44,111 nucleotides of DNA, taken from an uncultured Spirochaetales bacterium. Lineage in GTDB: Bacteria; Spirochaetota; Spirochaetia; CAZWAS01. The position numbers and the translations under genes are program-made. This document shows positions 15,159 to 23,646 of the stretch, piece by piece. The DNA is taken from positions 1 through 44,111 of the forward strand of contig CAZWAS010000016.1 in the NCBI GenBank assembly GCA_964631915.1. Direction: 5' to 3'. The first letter of the stretch is position 1; each line of letters starts with the position of its first letter. Under the pieces are notes generated by a model, which worked only from the letters and a program-made list of their open reading frames with translations, had not been told where the DNA came from and did no database searches.

Positions 15159-16487
15159 TCAGTTTATGAGTTTGATACAATCCTCGAGGATCGCAAGCCC
15201 TGTATCGATCTCCGACCTGGTTATGATGAGCGGAGGAGCTATGCGGATCGACGATTCTCCTGCTCCAAGGAGGAGAAGCCCTTTTTTGAACGCCAGTTCG
15301 AGGAGCTTGTTCCGTTTGTCCTTTGCCGGAGTTTTTTTGGTGTCCTGTATGAATTCCACCCCTAGCATGAGCCCGAGGCCGCGCACATCCCCTATCACGG
15401 AGTATTTTCCCTTCAGCGAGAGCAGGGCCTGTTTCATGTATGTTCCTTCGGATGCCGCACGGCTTACTATGTTTTCCTCTTTCAGCACACGGAGCACCGC
15501 TTTCGCCGCTTCCATGATCACCGGATTGCCGTTCAGCGTACCTTCATGGGCCCCTTCGTCCCAGTTCATCACTTCCGCTTTCGCCACAGCTGCTCCAGCG
15601 GGGAAGCCGTTCGCCATAGCCTTGGATACCGTGATAATGTCCGGTTCCAGTCCGAAGTGTTCGCTTGCGAACATCTTTCCGGTTCTGCCGAATCCGGTCT
15701 GTACCTCGTCGATGATGAGGAGAATGCCGTATTTTCGTGCTGTGTCTTGCAGGTGTTTGAAATAGCCGTCAGGAGGAACGATGTAGCCGCCTGCACCTTG
15801 GATAGGCTCAGCGAGGATAAATGCGACCTCGTCCGGAGGCGTGATCTTTTTCAGCATGACATCCGTAAAATATTCCAAGCATGCATATCCGCACGAGGGG
15901 AATTCCCTGTTGAACAAGCACCGATAACAGTTTGGATATGGAATATATTGACCTATTGGATATAATGGAGCAAATCCTCTCCTTGCAGACACGTTTGTAG
16001 TCGTGAAACTCACTGCTCCGAGGGTTCTGCCGTGAAAACCGTTTATAAAGCCTATGCCGTAGTTTCGCCGGGTATGCCATTTTGCCATCTTTATTGCAGT
16101 ATCCACAGACTCGCTTCCTGAATTGCTAAAAAACACTTTTTTTGCAAAGTTCCCGGGAGTCACCTTCACAAGCTCTTCTGCATAGTCGATCTGCGGGGTC
16201 GTGTAATAGTCCAAGCTGTTGATGAACATGAGTTTATCCATCTGACGGCGCACAGCTTCTATGATTTCAGGATGCCTATGTCCCAAAGCGGTGACTGCTA
16301 TGCCCGATCCGAAATCGAGGAAAACATTCCCATCGACATCCTCCACATACACGCCTTCTTCTCTGTGCCCCACGAGCGCCGAAGACCGCGAGAGGGAAGG
16401 AGAGAGGATAGCTGTGTCTCGTTCGATGAATTTCCGAGCTTCCGGTCCCGGAAGTTCGGTAATGATTTTGGGACCAGTATACTTCAT
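15159..16487 (-). CDS. Class-III (GabT/ArgD-like) PLP-dependent aminotransferase
   Basis: Start at ATG 16487 (AGGTG 6 nt upstream). N-terminal LPGPEARKF, GSESVD, the aspartate motif IIDEVQTGFGRTG, and the PLV lysine region ITVSKA. Confidence 0.85.
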   Translation of the reverse strand: MKYTGPKIITELPGPEARKFIERDTAILSPSLSRSSALVGHREEGVYVEDVDGNVFLDFGSGIAVTALGHRHPEIIEAVRRQMDKLMFINSLDYYTTPQIDYAEELVKVTPGNFAKKVFFSNSGSESVDTAIKMAKWHTRRNYGIGFINGFHGRTLGAVSFTTTNVSARRGFAPLYPIGQYIPYPNCYRCLFNREFPSCGYACLEYFTDVMLKKITPPDEVAFILAEPIQGAGGYIVPPDGYFKHLQDTARKYGILLIIDEVQTGFGRTGKMFASEHFGLEPDIITVSKAMANGFPAGAAVAKAEVMNWDEGAHEGTLNGNPVIMEAAKAVLRVLKEENIVSRAASEGTYMKQALLSLKGKYSVIGDVRGLGLMLGVEFIQDTKKTPAKDKRNKLLELAFKKGLLLLGAGESSIRIAPPLIITRSEIDTGLAILEDCIKLIN

Positions 16488-16527
16488 GGTATGCACCTGC
16501 ACTGATGGTTTGTTGTCTCAGGCACTG

Positions 16528-16556
16528 AGCATATGTGGCTTTCGGAAAAGTGTCAA
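16528..16556 (-). promoter_or_regulatory. Sigma70-type promoter of the aminotransferase gene
   Basis: The minus strand reads TTGACA (16556-16551), 17 nt, TATGCT (16533-16528). Confidence 0.5.
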
Positions 16557-16733
16557 GAAATGCATAGCAGAGGCAGCGCTTCGCAGTTTGGCACGCAGAA
16601 CTATCCTAAGAGTCGCGGGAAATCACCTGTCTCACGTATACGGCCGATAGTCCGCGGTACAGGGAAGTGCACGTGCCGGGCAATGGTCGAAGGTCGGAGC
16701 CTATGCACTAGCCCTATTTTTTAGAAAAAAAAG

Positions 16734-16780
16734 TTGACAGATACTACGCATAGGTCTATCATTAGATGTGTGGTCAGGCC
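16734..16780 (+). promoter_or_regulatory. Promoter of the gntR-led operon plus shared operator motif (site 2)
   Basis: A8 tract, TTGACA (16734-16739), 17 nt, TATCAT (16757-16762), 8 nt, TGGTCAGGCC (16771-16780). Confidence 0.6.
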
Positions 16781-16839
16781 AGTATGCCAACGAACCTCTT
16801 GATAGATTTGCTGGTTAGTGCTGTTGATCGGGGAGCGAT

Positions 16840-17556
16840 ATGTTCGAACAAGTACAGCCTCAAAAATATTATATGCAGATCGCTCGGCAGATACGCAATC
16901 TGATACGAGACGGCAAACTCAAGGTGGGGGATCAACTGCCTCCGGAGCGCAGCCTCGCTATACAGTTCAACGCTTCCAGGGCCAGCATACGGGAAGCTTT
17001 AAGCGCGCTCGAGATGCTCGGCCTCATAGAGTGTAAGGGGGGGCAGGGGAATTTCATTAAGGCAGACGGTTCCGAAGGAACGATCGATGGGGAACTCCTT
17101 AAGACACTGCTCAGGGATCATGATCCATATGAGATATTCGAGGCTCGACTCGAAATGGAACCGAACCTCGCCGCTCTCGCTGCTGATCGAGCCACCGACC
17201 AAGAACGAAAAAAGCTCCAGTCCCATGTGCAGAAACTCAAAGACTTGGGAGTGAAACTGAAAAGCGATCCAGCATTCATCGATGAATACATGGAAGAGGA
17301 TCGGAAATATCATCTTGAGATAGGCAGATGTGCACATAATAGCGTGCTGTTCACGGTTTTTTCCGGGGTGAACCTGATGATGAAAGAAATGCATTGGAAG
17401 GTGATGAAAAGCAGAGGTCTTGCAACTCAGGAAAACGTGGAAGCGTATGAAAAAGAGCATGAAGCAATTTTGGACGCGATATTGGCGAAGAATCCGAAGC
17501 TTGCTCACGCGGAGATGAAGAAACACATTCTCATTTTGAAGAAGACTTTATTTTAA
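16840..17556 (+). CDS. GntR-family transcriptional regulator, FadR/FCD subfamily
   Basis: N-terminal winged HTH (LPPERSLAIQFNASRASIREALSALEMLGLI) and a helical C-terminal FCD-like domain (EARLEMEPNLAALAA...H). Confidence 0.85.
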   Translation: MFEQVQPQKYYMQIARQIRNLIRDGKLKVGDQLPPERSLAIQFNASRASIREALSALEMLGLIECKGGQGNFIKADGSEGTIDGELLKTLLRDHDPYEIFEARLEMEPNLAALAADRATDQERKKLQSHVQKLKDLGVKLKSDPAFIDEYMEEDRKYHLEIGRCAHNSVLFTVFSGVNLMMKEMHWKVMKSRGLATQENVEAYEKEHEAILDAILAKNPKLAHAEMKKHILILKKTLF

Positions 17557-17657
17557 CACACGCACGAGATACATACACGGAGAATATCGATAGGGCGGAA
17601 TGAGGCCTGAGTATATCACTATATTCGAACGGGTTTACAACGAGAAGGAGGAAGACC

Positions 17658-18551
17658 ATGTTGAAGGGAACCGATGTGAAAGGAGTTATTCCTGCGATAG
17701 TAACGCCTTTTACGAAGAATGATGAAGTGGATTTGAAAGGCATCGAAAAGATTACAAAATTCCTTGTTGATAACGGAGTGCATGCGCTCATGCCGGTGGG
17801 AGGTACGGGCGAATTCCCGAGTCTGCTTCGTGAAGAAAAACGGGATGTGGTGGCCGCGGTCGCGAAGATCGCGAAAGGTAAAATACCCATCATACCGGGA
17901 ACCGCTGCATGCAGCACGAGAGAAGTCATCCTGCTTTCCAATGAAGCTGCTGAAGCGGGAGCGGATGCTGTTATCGTCACTGCGCCGTACTATTTCAAGC
18001 TGCCGGACAGTTCTCTGCTGCAGCACTACAAAACGGTTGCAAAGAATATCGACTGCCCCCTCATTGTGTACAACAATCCACTGTATACGGGAAACCCCAT
18101 GAGTCCGCAGCTCATCGCAGAGCTGATGGGTGTTAAGAACATCATAGGCGTGAAGCAGAGCTGTACGGACATGGGGCAGCTCGTAGAGATGATCCGCCTT
18201 TCGCCGAAAGGCCAATCGCTGTGCACCGGCATCGACAGCCAGTTCTATCCTGCACTTTGCGTGGGAGCGGTCGGCGTATACTCTTCGGCGGCATGCGTCA
18301 TCCCCGCACAGATGGTGAAGTTATATAAACTCTTCACCGAAGGTAAGCACAAGGAAGCGCTCGAGCTCCACATGAAACTTCAGTCTCTGAACAAGTATCT
18401 CGAGTACGATCCCGGATACGTAGCGCCTGCAAAAGAGGCTCTCAACCTCATGGGGCTTCCTGGCGGATATCTCAGAGCACCTCTGCCTGAATTGACCCAG
18501 GAGGAGAAAACTGGTATCAAAGCTGCATTGAAGGAAATTAGTTCCCTCTGA
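17658..18551 (+). CDS. DapA/DHDPS-family class I aldolase/lyase (specific reaction unknown)
   Basis: GGTGEF, YNNPLYTG and the Schiff-base lysine in IIGVKQS. RBS GAAGGAGG. Confidence 0.8.
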   Translation: MLKGTDVKGVIPAIVTPFTKNDEVDLKGIEKITKFLVDNGVHALMPVGGTGEFPSLLREEKRDVVAAVAKIAKGKIPIIPGTAACSTREVILLSNEAAEAGADAVIVTAPYYFKLPDSSLLQHYKTVAKNIDCPLIVYNNPLYTGNPMSPQLIAELMGVKNIIGVKQSCTDMGQLVEMIRLSPKGQSLCTGIDSQFYPALCVGAVGVYSSAACVIPAQMVKLYKLFTEGKHKEALELHMKLQSLNKYLEYDPGYVAPAKEALNLMGLPGGYLRAPLPELTQEEKTGIKAALKEISSL

Positions 18552-18579
18552 CGAACTGGCGGATACACGGGAGGTGCGT

Positions 18580-20649
18580 ATGAAACTGCGAATGGGAGTA
18601 GATACCGGAGGAACGTTCACCGATTGTGTCGTTATAGACGAAAAGGGCACAATCCATACATTCAAAGAACTCTCGACTCCGAAAGATCCCTCCATCGGGC
18701 TTTACAATGTCATAAGGAAAGCCGCAGGGTATTTCAAAAAAGATCTGAGGAGCTTCCTGGGCGATCTAGATTTCTTCGCCCACGGTACTACCGTTGCGAC
18801 GAATACTCTTCTTACAGGAACCGGAGCCAAGACGGGATTGATCCTTACAAAGGGTTTCCGCGACACGCTTGAAATGCGGAGGGCTCATAAAGAGAACATA
18901 TGGGACCTGTATCTTCCTGTTCCTTCTCCCCTGGTTCCTCGCTATCTCAGGCTAGGAGTCACAGAGCGGATCGATTATAAAGGTGATATTATACAGCCTC
19001 TTGTAGAAGAGGATGTATACAGGATCTGCGAGTTTTTCAAAAAAGAGCAGGTGAAAGCCGTTGCAATCTGTACGCTGTTTTCCTTTCTCAACGATACGCA
19101 CGAAAAGCGGATACGGGACATCGTGGCCAAAGAAATGCCTGACGCGTTCATATCCATATCTTCCGAAGTTCTTCCACAGATACGCGAATATGAACGTATG
19201 TCGACTACCGTATCGAACGCGTATGTCGGTCCGAAACTCACCGTGTATCTTTCCACGCTCGAAAAAAAACTCAAGGATGACGGACTAAAGCGGGCATTTT
19301 ATATCACCGCTTCGAACGGCGGCGTTATGACCGCCGAAACCGCCATAAGGCACGCTTCAGCCACGCTGCTCTCTGGCCCTGCCGCCGGAGCAGTAGGAGG
19401 CATGTTCTTCGCCGACCTTCTTAAACGCGGGAATCTGATCATTATGGACATGGGCGGAACCTCTTTCGATGTCACATTAGTGAGCGGAGGCAAGGTCACC
19501 CTCAGTACAGAAGGGGAGATAGCCCGGTACAGAGTCGCGAAACCCATGATAGACATCAACACGATCGGAGCAGGCGGAGGTTCCATAGCGTGGATCGATT
19601 CAGGCGGTATGCTCAAGGTGGGACCCGCCTCTGCAGGATCGGATCCCGGGCCTGTGTGCTACGAATTGGGAGGTACGAAGCCTACGGTTACGGATTCCAA
19701 CCTCCTGCTCGGATACCTCGACAAGGATTATTTCCTCGGCGGCGAGATGAAGGTGAACGAGGAGAAGACACGAGAGGCCATGAGGCGGGAAATCGCGGAT
19801 CCGCTCGGTATTTCCGAAACGGAGGCTGCATCCGGCATTTTCAGGATCATCAATCAGAGCATGGCGGATGCGACAAAGGTCGTATCCGTACAGCGGGGGC
19901 ACGATCCGCGCGAATACGCATTGGTGAGCGCCGGAGGGGCCTGTTCCATACACGCATGCAAGATCGCCGAAGAGGTGGGATCTGAATGCGTCATAGTACC
20001 AAAGGCAGCGAGCGTGTTCTGCGCCTTGGGGATGCTCGAATCCGACATCAGGCTCGACAATGTGAAAACGTATAACGCGTTCATACCCGGAATAGATCTT
20101 GCGGATTTCAATGCGGTCATCGAAGCAGTGGAAAAGCAGGCGCTCAAGGAACTTCTGCAGGAAGGAGTCGAACGGGAACGGGCCCACCTGGTCCGGTATC
20201 TCGATATCCGCTATGTCGGACAACACCATGAGGTGACTGTCGAGATTCCTGCAGGATGCAGACTCGAGGACAAGCATCTTTCGATCATCGCCGACGCTTT
20301 CCACAAGGCGCATGAAAGGCTCTACACGTATTCTACGCCAGAGAATCCCCTCGAAGTGATGAATCTCAGGATCACTGCAGTGGGTTCTGTGGATAAGACC
20401 GGCCTCTTCGAGATTGCAGCGAGTTTGTCCGATCCTTCAGCCGCATACAAAGGAAAACGGAAGGTCTATTTCGAAGAGAAAAACGGATTCTTCGAAGTAC
20501 CCGTATACAATAGGGATCTGCTCAAGCCGGGTAATAGAATACCCGGCCCTGCGGTCATAGAAGAGCGCATCACCACCATCATCGTCCATCCGAAATGGGA
20601 TTCCTTTGTGGACAGCTATCAGAATATCATCATGGAGGTGAGGAAGTGA
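18580..20649 (+). CDS. hyuA: Hydantoinase/oxoprolinase family, A subunit (ATP-dependent)
   Basis: N-terminal GVDTGGTFTD, later DMGGTSFD. About 690 aa. Start at ATG 18580 after GGGAGG. Confidence 0.85.
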   Translation: MKLRMGVDTGGTFTDCVVIDEKGTIHTFKELSTPKDPSIGLYNVIRKAAGYFKKDLRSFLGDLDFFAHGTTVATNTLLTGTGAKTGLILTKGFRDTLEMRRAHKENIWDLYLPVPSPLVPRYLRLGVTERIDYKGDIIQPLVEEDVYRICEFFKKEQVKAVAICTLFSFLNDTHEKRIRDIVAKEMPDAFISISSEVLPQIREYERMSTTVSNAYVGPKLTVYLSTLEKKLKDDGLKRAFYITASNGGVMTAETAIRHASATLLSGPAAGAVGGMFFADLLKRGNLIIMDMGGTSFDVTLVSGGKVTLSTEGEIARYRVAKPMIDINTIGAGGGSIAWIDSGGMLKVGPASAGSDPGPVCYELGGTKPTVTDSNLLLGYLDKDYFLGGEMKVNEEKTREAMRREIADPLGISETEAASGIFRIINQSMADATKVVSVQRGHDPREYALVSAGGACSIHACKIAEEVGSECVIVPKAASVFCALGMLESDIRLDNVKTYNAFIPGIDLADFNAVIEAVEKQALKELLQEGVERERAHLVRYLDIRYVGQHHEVTVEIPAGCRLEDKHLSIIADAFHKAHERLYTYSTPENPLEVMNLRITAVGSVDKTGLFEIAASLSDPSAAYKGKRKVYFEEKNGFFEVPVYNRDLLKPGNRIPGPAVIEERITTIIVHPKWDSFVDSYQNIIMEVRK

Positions 20650-22403
20650 AATCCGAAAGAAAAAAAGAGTTTGAAGGCGCGAACGATCCCATAACCCTTT
20701 CAGTCATCTACAATCGGCTTCTCACCATCAACCAGGAAATGGGAATAACCATGATCAACACCTCCATTTCCCCCATTTTCGCGGAGGTACACGATTTTTC
20801 CTGCGCCATCTGCGATTGGGACAACAGGATAGTGGCTCAAATCGACGGCGTGCCGTCGCATACTGCTTCCGCTATGGAAGCAGTGAAGGCCATAAGCAGG
20901 GAATTCAAAGGCGACATACATCCAGGGGATGTGTTCGTGCTGAACGATCCGTATCTCGGAGGAACCCACTTGCCCGATGTCACGATCATGAAGCCGATAT
21001 TCTTTGACGGCGAACTCCAGTTCATAGCGATCAACAGAGCTCACCACGGGGATGTCGGAGGCATAGAGCCGGGCTCTTACGCGCCGAGCGCAAGGGAGCT
21101 TTTTCATGAAGGCATACGGATTCCGCCGCTCCGCATTTACAAGAATGAGAAACCCATCATGGATGTGGTAAACATGATCAGGATCAACACGCGGATGCCT
21201 GATGCATTATGGGTCGACATGAAGGCCCAAGTCGCATCGTGCAGGGTTGCGGAAAAGCGCATCATAGAGCTGATTTCCAAGTACGGCGTTGCGAAAACCC
21301 GCGCTACCGTGGAGGATATCCATCTGTATGCGGAACGCAGAATGCGCAAGGAAATCGAAAAGCTCAAAGACGGCGTATACGAAGGGGAAGTTTTCCTCGA
21401 TTCGGACGGTTTTTCCGATAATCCGATCAGGATCAAAGTCAGCATTACGGTGAAGGGCGACGAGGCGTTCGTCGATTTCTCAGGATCCGATCCTCAGGTA
21501 ACGGGCTTTGTCAATTCGCCCATGGCGAACACCGCCACCTGTGTGTACGTCGCATTCCTCACCACGGTGACGACGCCGGACATTCCGCATAACGAGGGAG
21601 TATATCGGCCAATCCATATAACGGCTCCGGAAGGTTCCGTCGTTAATCCGCGATTTCCCGCTCCCGTAGCTTCCTGTACGCTCGATACCGCATGTGCGAT
21701 TCTCGAAGCCTGTTGGATCGCATTGTCAAAGGTGCTTCCCGAACGGGTACCCGCCGGATGGAACCGATGGAACGGACCCACGATCACGGGTATAGATCCG
21801 CGGAATAACAATTTTTATGTCATGTTTGGATTCAACGGATTCGGCGGGGCCGGAGGCATGCCTGGCATGGACGGCAGGCATTATATAGGAGACGGCATAG
21901 ATTTGGGCGGCCTCATAGCGCCGAACATCGAAACGAACGAAAAGGATTATCCGCACATCACGGAGTTCAACGAGTTTACGATGGATTCCTGCGGCGCGGG
22001 AAAATTCCGAGGCGGATGCGGAGCGAAATACAGGCTGAAGGTCTACGACGAGTCTCCAACCCTTGTCATGTTCGGCGACGGGAAAAAGAATCCGCCGTAC
22101 GGGTTGTTCGGGGGACAACCGGGTTCGTGCAACAAAGCGTTTATCAACGAAGGTATGCCTTCCGAGCGGGAACTGAAAGCTAAAGAGTCGGTGGTTCTCG
22201 CAAAAGGCGATACCTATACTTCGTACCCGTCGGGCGGTGGCGGTTGGGGAAATCCGAAAGAACGCGATCCGGAGCTGGTGCGAATGGACGCCAGAAACGA
22301 AATCATTTCCCGCGAAAGCGCGGAGAAGCTCTACGGCGTCGCTCTCGAAGGCGATGATTACCGTATCAATCTGGAAAAAACTAAATTCTTGCGGAGCAAA
22401 TGA
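20646..22403 (+). CDS. hyuB: Hydantoinase/oxoprolinase family, B subunit
   Basis: The GTG start overlaps the hyuA stop (GTGA). N-terminal DPITLSVIYNRL, NDPYLGGTHLPD. Confidence 0.85.
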   Translation: MKSERKKEFEGANDPITLSVIYNRLLTINQEMGITMINTSISPIFAEVHDFSCAICDWDNRIVAQIDGVPSHTASAMEAVKAISREFKGDIHPGDVFVLNDPYLGGTHLPDVTIMKPIFFDGELQFIAINRAHHGDVGGIEPGSYAPSARELFHEGIRIPPLRIYKNEKPIMDVVNMIRINTRMPDALWVDMKAQVASCRVAEKRIIELISKYGVAKTRATVEDIHLYAERRMRKEIEKLKDGVYEGEVFLDSDGFSDNPIRIKVSITVKGDEAFVDFSGSDPQVTGFVNSPMANTATCVYVAFLTTVTTPDIPHNEGVYRPIHITAPEGSVVNPRFPAPVASCTLDTACAILEACWIALSKVLPERVPAGWNRWNGPTITGIDPRNNNFYVMFGFNGFGGAGGMPGMDGRHYIGDGIDLGGLIAPNIETNEKDYPHITEFNEFTMDSCGAGKFRGGCGAKYRLKVYDESPTLVMFGDGKKNPPYGLFGGQPGSCNKAFINEGMPSERELKAKESVVLAKGDTYTSYPSGGGGWGNPKERDPELVRMDARNEIISRESAEKLYGVALEGDDYRINLEKTKFLRSK

Positions 22404-22417
22404 TAAAGGGGGAATGT

Positions 22418-23554
22418 ATGGCTGACATAAAAAGGGTTGCTGTATTGGGAGCAGGAAGCGGGGGATTCATGTGCGCCGCGGATATGGGAAGTCTCGGCTA
22501 TGAAGTGGCCCTGTTTTCGCGCGATATGGCTAGAGTAAAGGGTGTGAAGGAAAAGGGAAGCATCGAAGTGCTCGACATAGACTCCAAGCCCACGGGAATG
22601 GCGGGGAAAATAGCCCTGGTGACCAGCGACATCAAAGAAGCTGTCAAAGGTGCTCAAGTCATCCTGAATCCGATCCCGTACTTCGCGTGTGAAGAATACG
22701 CCCGACTCGTGGCTCCCCATCTCGAAGAAGGACAGACGGTGATCTATCTCGGCAAAGGAGGAGCATGCCTCACCTGGGCAAAGGTCCTCAAAGAGCTTGG
22801 CATAAAGAAAAAGGTCTATCTCGCGGATACGAATACGCTTCCCTACGGTGCTTCCAGAAAAGGCGAATATCAGGTAAGGCTCGAAAACAGAACGCAGAAC
22901 CTGATACTCGGAACCTTCCCGGGCAAAGACGTCGACCGCGTGGCGGATACCGCATACAAGCTCTTCACTAAAGAGCACGGATACGAAATACGCAAAGGAC
23001 AGAACGCCATAGACTCGATCCTCGTGGATTACAATGCGATTACCCACACGCCGCCTATGATCTGCAATGCGGCGCGTATAGAGTCCGGCGAAAAGAATTT
23101 CTTCCTGTTCGGAAAAAAAGAAAACACTCCGGGAGTGGTTAGACTCATCGAGCGGATAGATAGGGAACGGATGGCGATCGGAAAAGCTCTCGGCATGAAA
23201 CAGTACACCCTTGAAGAAGAAATCATGATGGTGAAGTGGAATCCTCACGGCGAAACGTATGTTCTCCCACTTTACGAGGCGATCCACACCCCATTTCTCG
23301 AAGTATGCGAAGGGCCCTATACGCTGGACACTCGGCATCTGAAGGAAGACGTTCCTTACGGGCTCGTCACCTATTCCTCTCTGGGCAACATGCTTGGAGT
23401 GCCGACTCCTGTGACGGACGCCATAATAACGCTCGCTGAAGGGCTTTTAGACAGAGATTTCCGGAGCATGGGTAGAACCGTGGAAGCTATGGGCATAGAC
23501 CCGAAATGGTCGGTAGAGCAGCTCAAGAAATATCTCAAAGAAGGAGTCGTCTGA
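22418..23554 (+). CDS. NAD(P)-dependent opine (octopine/nopaline) dehydrogenase family protein
   Basis: Rossmann VAVLGAGSGG. C-terminal family pattern HTPPMICNAARIE...IDRERMAIGKALG...KEDVPYGLV...LGVPTPVTDAII. Start at ATG 22418 (AAGGGGGAA upstream). Confidence 0.7.
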   Translation: MADIKRVAVLGAGSGGFMCAADMGSLGYEVALFSRDMARVKGVKEKGSIEVLDIDSKPTGMAGKIALVTSDIKEAVKGAQVILNPIPYFACEEYARLVAPHLEEGQTVIYLGKGGACLTWAKVLKELGIKKKVYLADTNTLPYGASRKGEYQVRLENRTQNLILGTFPGKDVDRVADTAYKLFTKEHGYEIRKGQNAIDSILVDYNAITHTPPMICNAARIESGEKNFFLFGKKENTPGVVRLIERIDRERMAIGKALGMKQYTLEEEIMMVKWNPHGETYVLPLYEAIHTPFLEVCEGPYTLDTRHLKEDVPYGLVTYSSLGNMLGVPTPVTDAIITLAEGLLDRDFRSMGRTVEAMGIDPKWSVEQLKKYLKEGVV

Positions 23555-23560
23555 ACGGTC

Positions 23561-23593
23561 GAATACGGAACCAGTTCTGCCGATTCCGTATTC
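23561..23593 (+). terminator. Intra-island hairpin with a U-rich tail (partial terminator or processing site)
   Basis: GAATACGGAA-13 nt loop-TTCCGTATTC (10-bp perfect stem) followed by TGTGTTTTA. A perfect TATAAT lies at 23606-23611. Confidence 0.5.
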
Positions 23594-23646
23594 TGTGTTT
23601 TAGAGTATAATGAAGGATATTTGAAACCATATAAAGGGAGAAGAAC

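Noticed and set aside
17604-17610. GGCCTGA in the gntR-dapA-like intergenic region as a fourth operator copy
   Set aside because: Only 7 of 10 positions match, it has no associated -35/-10, and it could be chance.
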